Positions 1-9,637 of a stretch of DNA of 64,000 bases are shown here, piece by piece. Position 1 is the first letter of the stretch, and each line of letters starts with the position of its first letter. The DNA is from an uncultured candidate division Zixibacteria bacterium. GTDB taxonomy: Bacteria; Zixibacteria; MSB-5A5; GN15; FEB-12. The notes under the pieces were generated by a model that saw only the letters and a list, made by a program, of their open reading frames with translations, did not search any database and was not told the origin of the DNA. A program made the translations under genes and the position numbers. Location: positions 576,001 to 640,000 of the forward strand of contig CAVTJJ010000006.1 of NCBI GenBank assembly GCA_963735035.1, written 5' to 3'.

Positions 1-777
1 TTGCAGGGCAAGCCGGAATTCGATCCGCCCGTGACAGATGTCCTTACCGACAAATGGGGCCAGAAAGTCGCGCATTTCCGCTTCACGAATCTGGGGCCGG
101 ACAAGTTCACGAATGTTCGCATGACGGTCGCGGCCAAAATGTACGAGACACGGTATTTCGTATTTCCGGACAAAGTCGGCAAACTGGCGGACATCCCGAA
201 AGACATTCGCGATAAGTATCTTGTGGACGATACCAAGTTCGATATCGGCAGCACTACTATTCGTACCGCGGTGCAGGAAGCTGTCGGGTTGGAAACTAAC
301 CCGTACTGGATCGCGCGCCGCATCATGCAGTACTGCGTCGACAAGCTGACGTATGAACTGTCGGGAGGATGGAATGTCGCACCGGCCATACTGGAGAGAG
401 GGACAGGCTCCTGCTCGGAGTACACGTTCGTTTACATATCGATGTGTCGCGCGGCCGGGTTACCGGCCCGGTACGCCGGAGCGATTGTGGTGCGCAACGA
501 CGATGCCTCGTACGACGACGTCTTCCATCGCTGGGTAGAGGTTTACCTGCCGGGATACGGCTGGGTGCCCGTGGACCCGTCGCGCGGTGACAGCAAATGG
601 CCTTCGGATGTGGCCGGGTCGGTCGGGTATTTGAACAACGGCTGCTTGATCACGACGGTTGGTGGGGGCGGCTCGGAGTATATGGAGTGGGGTTACAACG
701 GCAACGAACGGTGGACGTCGCAAGGGCGGTGCAAGGTGGTGGTGGAGAACATCGGCGAGTGGACACCGCTGGAGTAG
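1..777 (+). CDS. Transglutaminase-like domain protein (5' truncated by window edge)
   Basis: Cys-His-Asp triad motifs GSCSEY, FHRWVEVY and WVPVDP. Confidence 0.85.
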   Translation: MQGKPEFDPPVTDVLTDKWGQKVAHFRFTNLGPDKFTNVRMTVAAKMYETRYFVFPDKVGKLADIPKDIRDKYLVDDTKFDIGSTTIRTAVQEAVGLETNPYWIARRIMQYCVDKLTYELSGGWNVAPAILERGTGSCSEYTFVYISMCRAAGLPARYAGAIVVRNDDASYDDVFHRWVEVYLPGYGWVPVDPSRGDSKWPSDVAGSVGYLNNGCLITTVGGGGSEYMEWGYNGNERWTSQGRCKVVVENIGEWTPLE

Positions 778-791
778 GCTGGGCGGAGACT

Positions 792-854
792 CGGGTGGCC
801 AGCCGCTTGCGGGTGGGGTTGATCAGGTAGGGCGGGTCCGCTTCGAACCCGCCA
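792..854. repeat. REP-like palindrome cluster: GGGTG-footed unit (792-823) and GTAG-footed unit (827-853)
   Basis: GTAGGGCGGGTCCGCTTCGAACCCGCC is identical at 9509-9535 and 11632-11658. The GGGTGG..GCTTGC..GGTGGG unit recurs at 1431-1462 (inverted) and 11673-11706. Confidence 0.85.
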
Positions 855-901
855 CGTGTCTATGAGGGCGGAATGATGCTCTATGTCCTGACAGGAGGTT
901 T

Positions 902-1372
902 ATGATGAAGAGACTATTCGCTTTGGCGCTGTGCGGAACATTATGTATGTCCTGTGGGTGGCTTGGGAACAAGACTGTAACCGACCGATCACTCCGGCTT
1001 CATGTTCTTCAAGACTCAGTAGTTGCGAAGCCCGGCGACACTATCACACTGACTATCAGGCTACAGAACACTGGCGACGCGACAGTCCCAGTCACTACTT
1101 CAGGTTGCGCAATGTCAATTTGGGAGGCCTATCCTTCTCATTTCGGTGTTTTGGGTGTGTGCGATTCCGGATCTCCAGTTCCCTTTACACAATTACCGCC
1201 ACAAGAAACGATTGATCTGCCAACCAGATTTGTGATTAGCGGCCTCAACAGACCGATGAGCTTTGGTGTCAGGTACTCGATGACATATTCGGACGGATCT
1301 CGAAAGGTGAAGTACGACAGTTGGTCAGACAACTCGATAGTGATTACGGGGGGGCGGGTTCTAAGTAGGTAG
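902..1372 (+). CDS. Hypothetical lipoprotein with Ig-like beta-sandwich character
   Basis: RBS AGGAGG upstream; lipobox-like LCMSC; 'PGDTITLTIRLQNTG' Ig-like motif; more AT-rich than its neighbours. Confidence 0.65.
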   Translation: MMKRLFALALCGTLCMSCGWLGNKTVTDRSLRLHVLQDSVVAKPGDTITLTIRLQNTGDATVPVTTSGCAMSIWEAYPSHFGVLGVCDSGSPVPFTQLPPQETIDLPTRFVISGLNRPMSFGVRYSMTYSDGSRKVKYDSWSDNSIVITGGRVLSR

Positions 1373-1398
1373 GAACCCCTGTCGTTTCGACATTCTAC

Positions 1399-1539
1399 CG
1401 GCAGGCGCGGAGGCCTGCCGATCAGGGATCATCTATCCCACCCGCAAGCGGGTGGCCCACCCAGACGCTCCCAGCGCAAGCGCTGGGGCACCCAGGGTAT
1501 GACTATTTGAATGGGCAGACCAGGAGGTCTGCCGCCCAC
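1399..1539. repeat. Mosaic of four REP-like palindromes (1399-1424, 1431-1462, 1470-1493, 1513-1539)
   Basis: 1399-1424 nearly matches 29600-29625; 1513-1539 is identical to 17706-17732; 1431-1462 is an inverted relative of 792-823. Confidence 0.85.
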
Positions 1540-1541
1540 AG

Positions 1542-2486
1542 TCATTTCTTCAACAGTGGATGCGAATTCGCGGCAACGCCTGATGCGGTCGCCACGCGGA
1601 TGTCGTGCGCAAGATTGATCGACGGGCGCGCGTCCTCAAGGCCAAACCCTTGCCCGGCCAAAGTGCGGCGATAGACTTCGGTGTGAAGATCGGTGAACCC
1701 GTCGGAGAACTCGACTTCCTGACCGTCGATAGTAATCGAGCGGTAAGTCGCCTGCTCGGCTTTCAGATTGTTCGGTAGCATGTCGCGATCTATCGACAAA
1801 AACCAGCGTACCCGGGCGCGCTCCAGTTCGAGAAAACCGGCGGTCGAGGTCGTATTCGCGAGATGGACTTCGTTCTTCTGCACCCCGCCGAACAACCAGA
1901 CGAGCAGATCGAAAAAGTGAATGCCGATATTTGTCGCCAGTCCGCCCGAACGTTCGAGCTGGCCTTTCCACGATACGAGATACCATTTGCCGCGCGAGGT
2001 TATATAAGTGAGCAGAACGTCGTGCTTGTCGGTCGGGCGCTCTTTCTGAATTTTCTCCCGAAGTGCGATCAGTGCGGGGTGAACCCGCAACTGCAGAACC
2101 GTGTTGATCTTCCGGCCGCTTTCTTCTTCGAGTTCGGCGAGGGCGTCGATATTCCACGGATTGAGCACGAGCGGTTTTTCGCAGATAGCGTCCGCCCCCA
2201 CCCGCAACGCAAACCGGCAATGGGCGTCGTGAAGGTAGTTCGGGGAACAGATCGATACATAATGTATCTTCCGGTCATCCCCGATGCGGCGCAGTTTGTC
2301 TATGTGGCGGTCGAACCGCTCAAATTCGGTGAAGAAGCTGACGTCGCTGAAAAAGCGGTCGAGAATCCCAACCGAATCGGCCGGATCGACCGCGGCCACC
2401 AGGTTGTGGCCGGTTTCTTTGATCGCTTTCAGATGACGGGGGGCGATGTAACCGCCGACCCCGGTAATGGCAAAATTCTTCGGCAT
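1542..2486 (-). CDS. wbpB: Gfo/Idh/MocA oxidoreductase, WbpB/WlbA-like UDP-GlcNAcA 3-dehydrogenase
   Basis: GVGGYIAPRH, ICSPNYLH, CEKP, NIGIHFFD and FTDLH motifs typical of WbpB. Confidence 0.8.
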   Translation of the reverse strand: MPKNFAITGVGGYIAPRHLKAIKETGHNLVAAVDPADSVGILDRFFSDVSFFTEFERFDRHIDKLRRIGDDRKIHYVSICSPNYLHDAHCRFALRVGADAICEKPLVLNPWNIDALAELEEESGRKINTVLQLRVHPALIALREKIQKERPTDKHDVLLTYITSRGKWYLVSWKGQLERSGGLATNIGIHFFDLLVWLFGGVQKNEVHLANTTSTAGFLELERARVRWFLSIDRDMLPNNLKAEQATYRSITIDGQEVEFSDGFTDLHTEVYRRTLAGQGFGLEDARPSINLAHDIRVATASGVAANSHPLLKK

Positions 2487-2575
2487 CCTGTTTTCGTTTC
2501 CTCTGGCAAATTCGGCAACCGCCGGGCCGCAATATAAGGGTCGGATGATCGGGGCAAAACCGATAATCCGATTTC

Positions 2576-4038
2576 TTATTCTACCCGGAGCGCCTCGATT
2601 GGATCAACTCTGGCAGCCCGGGCCGCCGGATAAGCCCCAGCCGCGACACTGACCGCGAGGCCGAATCCGAGCGCCAGCAGGACCAGCCACCAGGGGAGGG
2701 CGAAAAGCTCGATCTGGTCGAAACCCTCCCTGGCCATGTAATATTGGGCGATGGCCGATGAAAGCCGGCTTATGAGCCAGCCAAGGATCAGGCCCGCTAT
2801 CGATCCTATTATGCCGATCAGTGCGGATTCGAAGAGGTAGAGCGCCTTGATGTCCATTTCCGACGCCCCCAGCGACTTGAGGACACCGATTTCGCGGCGG
2901 CGTTCCATGATCGACATGACCATGACATTTACGATGCCGAGCGAAGCGGTCACCAGCGCGATCAGGCCGACCATGGCCAACGCCATGTCGAAATAGATGA
3001 AGAAGCGGTTGATTTCCTCGAACTGCTGGGCGTAGCTGAAAGAACGGTACCCGTGCGCTTCAATAGTATCGCTTATCGGCTTGAACGAGACGGTCGGGTC
3101 GAGATGCAAGCGTCACGCGAGGATACTGTTTCCGGCTGTCGCTGTTGTTGGTGATTAAGTTGCCGCCGCCGGAGATCGCCGCATATAGTTCGGTCGGATC
3201 GTTGGACAAACCGCCATCGGCGAATCGCTGGGATGTTGCCACCGGGACCAGAATCGGCTCCACGCGGCGATACCCCTCGCCGGCTTTCATTACGCCGACA
3301 ATGGTCAGCGTGTCAGCAACAGTCGCCGGATGGGTGAAGAAGCCTTCGGTGAATCGTCCGAGCGCGCGCCCCAGTTCATCACGCGCCAGCCGCTTGATAT
3401 ATTCGGTAGTGCGGAGGGAATCGATCCATCCCTTGACAAAAATCCGGTCAGCCACTTCGGGTGCGCCGCGAAGGAGAAACACCAGGCCGGAATCGAGACG
3501 GATTCTTTGTACTGAGACGACAATCGACTTGCCTATGACCGAATCGGCGGTCTTGCCCTTGAAGTGATCGAGAAACTCCGACGTCACCACCGCCTCGCGC
3601 GCTGAGTCCGAAGTGAACAGTCGTCCCGGCGTTCATCTGTGAAAACATCCGCGTTTGCGTGGCCACCGACGGCACCGACTGAGCTTTCAGTTTCAGGGCG
3701 GTATCGAGCGCGAGCGCGGTGACATCGTACGAGTCGAACGGATAGGCCAGGTTGACACCGGGCAGAGTCGAAAGCCAGGTGAGGACTGAATCGTTGAGCG
3801 GGGCGGCTTTGAGCGTGTCGGCGGATTCGCGGCCATCTTTGGGGTAGACGTACATGGTCGACAACAGGCCGAGCTGATTGTACTGCTCGGTGACATACTT
3901 CTGATTGCCGGCACCGAACGAAAGCATCGCCACAAACGCGCCGATCGCGATCATTACGCCGGAGATGGTCAGGAACGACCGGAGTTTCATCCGCCAGAGG
4001 TTGCCGAGCGGGATCGTGATCTTGTCGTGGAAAGTCAT
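2576..4038 (-). pseudogene. MacB/FtsX-type ABC permease split by two single-base insertions (about 3626 and 3110); pseudogene or assembly error
   Basis: The N-terminus (RSFLTISGVMIAI), the middle and the C-terminus (ERRREIGVLKSLGA, YPAARAARVDPIEALR) lie in three successive frames. Removing one base at each site restores one continuous ORF. Confidence 0.8.
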
Positions 4039-4724
4039 CGCGCAGCCCCTCCTGCTACTTGTCCGTACACCAGACGGACTGTGCGCTGGGCGTGCGAAGA
4101 CGCCAGGTCGGGATCGTGCGTAACCATGATGACCGTGATCCCCTGGCGGTTGAGATCGGTCAGTATTGCGGCGATCTGAGTGCAGTTGTCGCGGTCAAGG
4201 TTGCCGGTGGGTTCGTCGGCGAAAAGCATCTCAGGTTTCTTCACGAGCGCGCGGGCGATAGCCACCCGCTGCTGCTCGCCGCCGGATAGATCGGCGGGGC
4301 GGTGGTCCAGACGGTCACCGAGGCCCAACTGTTCCAGCGTTTCCGTTGCGCGGCGGACCCGCTCGATCCGGGGCGTCTGGTTAAAATAGAGGGCCAGTTC
4401 GACATTTTGCAGCGCGGTCCGATGAGCGATCAGGTTGAACGACTGGAAAATCATGCCGACCCGATGAGCCCGGTAGGATGCCAGTTCACGGCGCGAAAGC
4501 TCGCTCAAATTGCGGCTGCCGATTTCGATCCGGCCGGAGGTTGGAGTGTCCAGCCCCGCCAACATGGCCAAAAGGGTCGATTTGCCGGAACCGGACGAAC
4601 CCACGAGGGCCAGGAATTCGCCTTTGGCGATAGCCAGGTTCACCCGGTCGACCGCGCGTACCTCGTGCGGGCCGCGCCGGAAGTAGCGGCAGAGATCGGT
4701 GGTTTCTATCAGTGGTTTATCCAT
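4035..4724 (-). CDS. ABC transporter ATP-binding protein (LolD/MacB-like)
   Basis: Walker A GSSGSGKS, signature [18 protein letters not shown]. Confidence 0.95.
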   Translation of the reverse strand: MDKPLIETTDLCRYFRRGPHEVRAVDRVNLAIAKGEFLALVGSSGSGKSTLLAMLAGLDTPTSGRIEIGSRNLSELSRRELASYRAHRVGMIFQSFNLIAHRTALQNVELALYFNQTPRIERVRRATETLEQLGLGDRLDHRPADLSGGEQQRVAIARALVKKPEMLFADEPTGNLDRDNCTQIAAILTDLNRQGITVIMVTHDPDLASSHAQRTVRLVYGQVAGGAAR

Positions 4725-4755
4725 ATGGTTGTCCGAGCCTCAAGTCGCGCAGGCC

Positions 4756-4884
4756 GGTTGCGTCAGGTCCTTCGCCGCCAAAGGCGGCGTGAGACCTGAC
4801 GCCGCTGTCACTAAGCCGGTCACTCGTGTCAGTTCACACGTTCCACCTGCCGCAGGCGGGCCGAACGCAGGAACTGACACAACC
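4756..4884. repeat. Inverted REP-like doublet with nested hairpins
   Basis: GGTTGCGTCAGGTCC..GACCTGACGC and GTGTCAGTTC..GGAACTGACACAACC are inverted relatives; internal hairpins CGCCGCC-AAA-GGCGGCG and CCTGCCGCAGG. Confidence 0.75.
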
Positions 4885-5041
4885 AGGCAAGCTTCGGGGT
4901 AGTGAACCGGAGAATATTTGTCGGCTTGGCGGGACCGGTTCAACCAAAACCTCAAGTCAACTGTACGAATCCGTTTGACCCTTGTTGCATCCGGATTTAT
5001 CATGCCCCCACGTATGCTAAGAGGAAACTGACGAGGAACTT

Positions 5042-5575
5042 ATGAATGACCTGGTGCTGAAGCTTCTGCCGGAGATCAAGGAAATTTCGAATCCCGAACT
5101 GCGCGAAAAAGTGATCGCCTGCTGGGACGAGGCGATCCGGTTCCGGGGCTGGACCGAAGAACTTCTGGTCAATATGCCGTTTACGCTTCTGGCCGAGAAT
5201 GTCCAGATAACGTTCATCAGCCATGTGCGGGCAGTGGCGGCGATGTGTATCGCCTGCGACAAAGTGCTTCGCGATTTTCACGGCGACAAGAAGACGCCGG
5301 TAAACCGGGACTTCCTGATAGCGGGGGCATTGCTGGCCGATGTCGGCAAGCTGCTCGAATTCGAGATTGTCAAAGGCAACCCGGTCAAGTCGAGCTACGG
5401 CATGCACATCCGGCATCCGTTCTCAGGTGTCGGTTTAGCTTTCAAGCACGGAGTCCCGTCGGAAGTCATGCATATCATCGCCACACATTCCAAAGAGGGG
5501 ACCGGCGAGAAGCGGAGCCCGGAGAGCATCATCTTCCATCACGCCGATTTCATTGATTTCGAGCTGGTGAAATAG
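5042..5575 (+). CDS. HD/HDIG-fold protein with an altered HD motif (AD)
   Basis: H..., 'GALLADVGK', RH, 'IIATH' and 'HHAD' follow the HD-domain pattern; its stop is 1 nt before the next start. Confidence 0.75.
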   Translation: MNDLVLKLLPEIKEISNPELREKVIACWDEAIRFRGWTEELLVNMPFTLLAENVQITFISHVRAVAAMCIACDKVLRDFHGDKKTPVNRDFLIAGALLADVGKLLEFEIVKGNPVKSSYGMHIRHPFSGVGLAFKHGVPSEVMHIIATHSKEGTGEKRSPESIIFHHADFIDFELVK

Positions 5576-5576
5576 T

Positions 5577-7544
5577 ATGGCGCAAAATCTGGTCGAGAAG
5601 ATTGTGCAGCGCTTTGCGGTCGGGCTGGAGCCGGGGCAGGAAGTTCACGCCGGGGATTTCGCTTCCATCCGTCCAGCGCATGTTATGACCCACGACAACA
5701 CCGGCGCGGTGATTCCGAAATTCAAATCAATCGGCGCCACCAAAGTTCTCAACCCGCGCCAGCCGGTGTTTGCGCTCGATCATAACGTCCAGGACACCAG
5801 CGACGCCAATAAGAAGAAATACGCCGGAATCGAGGCGTTCGCCAAACAGCACGGGATCGATTTCTATCCAGCCGGGCGAGGCATCGGGCACCAGATCATG
5901 TGCGAGGAAGGGTACGCCTGGCCGCAGACCGTGGTGGTGGCCTCGGACTCACATTCCAACATGTACGGCGGGTTGGGGTGTCTCGGGACGCCGATTGTCC
6001 GCACCGACGCCGCTGCGATCTGGGCGACTGGCCGCACCTGGTGGCAGATTCCACCGGTGGCCAGAGTCGAACTGACCGGCAGCCTTCGTCCGGGGGCAAC
6101 CGGGAAGGATGTCATTATCACCCTGTGTGGTTTCTTCAACAAAGACGAGGTCCTGAATCATGCGGTCGAGTTCTGTGGCGACGGGATCGCGGCGCTGTCG
6201 GTGAATGACCGTCTTGCGATCGCCAATATGACCACCGAATGGGGCGCGCTTGTGGGCCTGTTCCCAACGGACAAGACGAGTCTGGACTGGATTAGACGAC
6301 GCTCTGAGGCAGTTCAAAGACGCGGATTGGCGGGGGTTCCGTCGGATGTTGACGCAGCAAACGGATTGCATAGTCGCCTGAATGTTAATAGGATAGAGGC
6401 GTTATCTAACAATATGCTTGAAGCCGGCTCGAACGCCTTCTACGCCAAACAACTCAAGCTCGATCTGGAGACCGTCTCGCCGCACGTCTCCGGGCCACAC
6501 AATGTGAAAACATACACGTCGATCCCAGAGATTCGCAAACGTCAGGTCAAGATCCAGAAGGCGTATCTTGTCTCTTGCGTGAACAGCCGGGTTGAAGATA
6601 TCGCCGCGGCGGCTCGAGTTATCAAAGGCAAGAAAGTTGCGACGGGGGTTGAGTTCTACATTTCGGCCGCGTCGAGCGAAGTCCAGGCCGAGGCCAAACG
6701 CCGGGGCGACTGGCAGACACTTCTTGATGCCGGGGCGCTCGAACTCCCGTCCGGATGCGGGCCGTGCATTGGACTCGGCAAGGGTTTGCTCGCTGACGAT
6801 GAAGTCGGCATTTCGGCGACGAATCGAAACTTCAAGGGGCGCATGGGAGCGCCGACTGCACAGGCGTATCTCGGCTCCCCCGAAGTGGTAGCCGCGTCGG
6901 CGGTGGCCGGATTTATCGACGGCCCTGATTTCGGAAATGTGCCGCAAGTGGAAGCATCGATCTCGGTTGCTTCGCGCCCGGTGAAGCATGTCGCAGTGGC
7001 GGTGCTGAAGGATTTCCCGGTCGAAGCTGTTGGAGAACTCGTGTTCTGTCATCAGGACAATCTTAACACCGACGGCATCTATCCCGGCAAGTACACTTAC
7101 AATGACGATATGACGCCCGCGCAACAGGCGCAGGTAGCGATGGAGAATTACGATCCGGAGTTCGGGAAGATAGTGAACAAGGGTGATATCCTGGTCGGCG
7201 GGTTCAATTTCGGCACTGGCAGTTCGCGCGAGCAGGCCGCGACGGCGCTCAAGTATCGCGGCATTCGTCTCGTGCTGGCTGGTTCGCTCAATCAGACTTA
7301 CCAGCGCAACGCGTTGAATAACGGCTTTCTCGCGCTTGAGGCGCCTGAGTTGTCGCGCGATCTGAAACAACGTTTCGGTTCGGGCAAGCTAACGGTGAAG
7401 ACCGGTATCAAGGCGAAGATTCGATTCGACACGGCAACGCTCGAGATCGACGGCAAAACTTACGCAATTGACCCGGTGGGTGTGGCGGCGCAGGAGTTGG
7501 TAATCGAGGGCGGTCTCGAGAACTGGGTGAAGAAGCGGTTGTAG
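5577..7544 (+). CDS. lysF: Single-chain homoaconitate hydratase (fungal Lys4/LysF-like aconitase family)
   Basis: MTHDN, GRGIGHQIM, ASDSHSNMYGG, TPIVRTDAAAIWATG.TWWQIPP, SCVNSR, CGPCIG and ATNRNFKGRMG, plus a fused swivel domain with GSSREQA. Confidence 0.85.
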   Translation: MAQNLVEKIVQRFAVGLEPGQEVHAGDFASIRPAHVMTHDNTGAVIPKFKSIGATKVLNPRQPVFALDHNVQDTSDANKKKYAGIEAFAKQHGIDFYPAGRGIGHQIMCEEGYAWPQTVVVASDSHSNMYGGLGCLGTPIVRTDAAAIWATGRTWWQIPPVARVELTGSLRPGATGKDVIITLCGFFNKDEVLNHAVEFCGDGIAALSVNDRLAIANMTTEWGALVGLFPTDKTSLDWIRRRSEAVQRRGLAGVPSDVDAANGLHSRLNVNRIEALSNNMLEAGSNAFYAKQLKLDLETVSPHVSGPHNVKTYTSIPEIRKRQVKIQKAYLVSCVNSRVEDIAAAARVIKGKKVATGVEFYISAASSEVQAEAKRRGDWQTLLDAGALELPSGCGPCIGLGKGLLADDEVGISATNRNFKGRMGAPTAQAYLGSPEVVAASAVAGFIDGPDFGNVPQVEASISVASRPVKHVAVAVLKDFPVEAVGELVFCHQDNLNTDGIYPGKYTYNDDMTPAQQAQVAMENYDPEFGKIVNKGDILVGGFNFGTGSSREQAATALKYRGIRLVLAGSLNQTYQRNALNNGFLALEAPELSRDLKQRFGSGKLTVKTGIKAKIRFDTATLEIDGKTYAIDPVGVAAQELVIEGGLENWVKKRL

Positions 7545-7636
7545 ATCGGGTCGAATCGAAGTGTGAAGCGTACTTAGGGCAAGCAGACGCAGGACTTGCC
7601 AACAGGTTTGCATTCAACTGTCTGAAGGAGTTCGAA

Positions 7637-8611
7637 GTGGCACTGCAAGACGTTTATCAGAAGATCAAACCGTCAATCGTAGCATTCGTGTCAACGGTGA
7701 CTTCAGATGTAAGGCGTACTGCCGAAGGCGTGTTACCTCCCATTTTCGGAACCGGTTTCATAGTCGATGGTGAGGGTTTAGTACTGACAAATGACCATGT
7801 TGTTAATGCTATAGAGAAACTCCCTAGACCAAGTGGAATGGATGCGCTCGATGTCGTACGCGTAATGCTTATTTCTCAGCAAGGCGACGAACTACGAACT
7901 GTTATGATGAGAGTGGAGGGAGTTCTATCTGTCGGCACAAAGAAACCTCTGCGTGACGATTTCTTCTTCAAGGAATTGCCTGACCTTGGATTTGTTGCTG
8001 TGTCTTTACGCGGCTTACCGGCAGTAAGCGTGCATGTGAACAGAGATATCCTTGAAGTTGGGCGGGAAATCGCCACTGCTGGTTTTCCGATGGGGAACTG
8101 CGCCATGGAAAGGCAACAGACTCTAGTTCCTAGACAAATCGCGCCAATGCTTCAAAGAGGCATAATATCAGCGTTACAGCCATTTGACGTTCCTCACGCA
8201 ATGAGCTTCAGCATAAATGTGCTGCTTCAGAATGGTGCGAGTGGTTCGCCTGTATTTCTATCGGACACCGGTGAGATCATTGGAGTAGCGTACGAGCGTG
8301 TATTCGAACAGTGTGTCGGACAAGTAGTTGATACGAAAGGTCGGCTCGTTACCGCCTCCGATGGAGAACCGATAGCGGCGATTATGAATGCCCCGACAAA
8401 CTTTTCATATGCGGTACCCACACATTTCCTTGGATTGGGACAGTTGGAAAAGGTAAAGGAGCAGTTTGCACGCATAGTGAAGCCGGGCAGACTTACCATG
8501 GAAGAGTATCTCGCACAGGCAAAGAGCGTTAGGATAGGGGGAACGACAGCGGATTCAGGTCAGGGAGATCTGGTCCTGCCGCAGTACATTATAAATGATA
8601 TGGAGTTGTGA
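7637..8611 (+). CDS. Trypsin-like (S1) serine protease, no signal peptide
   Basis: GTGF, LTNDHV (His), PDLG (Asp), GASGSP (Ser); RBS AAGGAG before the GTG start. Confidence 0.8.
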   Translation: MALQDVYQKIKPSIVAFVSTVTSDVRRTAEGVLPPIFGTGFIVDGEGLVLTNDHVVNAIEKLPRPSGMDALDVVRVMLISQQGDELRTVMMRVEGVLSVGTKKPLRDDFFFKELPDLGFVAVSLRGLPAVSVHVNRDILEVGREIATAGFPMGNCAMERQQTLVPRQIAPMLQRGIISALQPFDVPHAMSFSINVLLQNGASGSPVFLSDTGEIIGVAYERVFEQCVGQVVDTKGRLVTASDGEPIAAIMNAPTNFSYAVPTHFLGLGQLEKVKEQFARIVKPGRLTMEEYLAQAKSVRIGGTTADSGQGDLVLPQYIINDMEL

Positions 8612-8765
8612 TCTGTGGATCCTTCGAATAGTATTGTGAGTCAGCTAAGGAGTGGTGATTTGTTTGTTAGTTGCATTCATGAAGACAGTATCTCGTGGGT
8701 GTGACAGGCACATGTCGAAGCATGAGGTTGTCGACCGACAAAGCTGCAAAATCCGGAAGTGATGA

Positions 8766-9431
8766 ATGAGCGTTCAACAGAAGCCATCAGTCAAGTGGTG
8801 TCGGAGTTGCGGGAGACTGCTTGACCAGTCGGTGAAACTGTGCTATCACTGTGGATCACCGACATCTCGACTAAGCGGCTTCGTTCACAGGCATAGAAGC
8901 TTCTTTGCAGCGCTTGGAGGTATCGCTGGATTGTGTGGCATAGTGCTCGTTATTCTCAACTTCCAAGCGACGCAAGAAGCTGTGGAAATCAGTCGCCAAA
9001 GATACATCGATGAATTTCAGCCGTTGGTGTCGGTGGAGTATCTTGGCGTAGAAACGGTCGGAGAGGCTTTTGTCCTGCGATTTGGATTGTTCAACAAAGG
9101 CAGGGCCGTCGCCTATGATCTGTCTGAAGCCGTCTGCGTTGTCGATAACTGTAAAGACACGCTCTATATTGACACAACGTTCACGGATAGGCTGTTTCCG
9201 TCAGAGCGTGATGCGAAGTCGCTACCGGTCAAGTTTGATATGAAGAGAGTGCTATGCGTGCCGGTAGTGCTAACTTGGCAGGTTCGTTATTGGTGGAATG
9301 GCGAGCCGCAAATCAAAGACTACTTGTGCGTTTGTGACATAACTTACGATGCAGATATGCGCAGACTCCTGGTGAATCAGCGCAGGGACAAAGTGACGGG
9401 GTACTTTGATTCGTTGTCTGGTGGTAAATGA
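8766..9431 (+). CDS. Hypothetical membrane protein with N-terminal zinc ribbon
   Basis: CRSC..CYHC followed by one hydrophobic helix. Confidence 0.6.
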   Translation: MSVQQKPSVKWCRSCGRLLDQSVKLCYHCGSPTSRLSGFVHRHRSFFAALGGIAGLCGIVLVILNFQATQEAVEISRQRYIDEFQPLVSVEYLGVETVGEAFVLRFGLFNKGRAVAYDLSEAVCVVDNCKDTLYIDTTFTDRLFPSERDAKSLPVKFDMKRVLCVPVVLTWQVRYWWNGEPQIKDYLCVCDITYDADMRRLLVNQRRDKVTGYFDSLSGGK

Positions 9432-9460
9432 AGGTTCGTACAGAAGAAACCGATTGAAGG

Positions 9461-9536
9461 TTGTCGAAACCGCAGGGGTTTCGACCTACGACAGGCTCAG
9501 CCTGACTTGTAGGGCGGGTCCGCTTCGAACCCGCCA
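9461..9536. repeat. REP-like mosaic: inverted GTAG unit (9461-9489), GTCA-family half unit and GTAG unit (9509-9535)
   Basis: GTCGAAACC..GGTTTCGACCTAC hairpin; 9489-9535 matches 11612-11658 at 46 of 47 nt. Confidence 0.85.
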
Positions 9537-9637
9537 ATAGGTGTCGAAACTACCCTATCAGACTACTTTCGAACTATGTGGTTCAAGTTCACGTACAGTC
9601 AGGCAGGACCGTTACTGAAATTTGAAAGGATTCTGTC

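Noticed and set aside
3100..3630. Programmed ribosomal frameshifting in the permease
   Set aside because: No slippery sequence or evident stimulatory structure, and two events in one gene would be needed.
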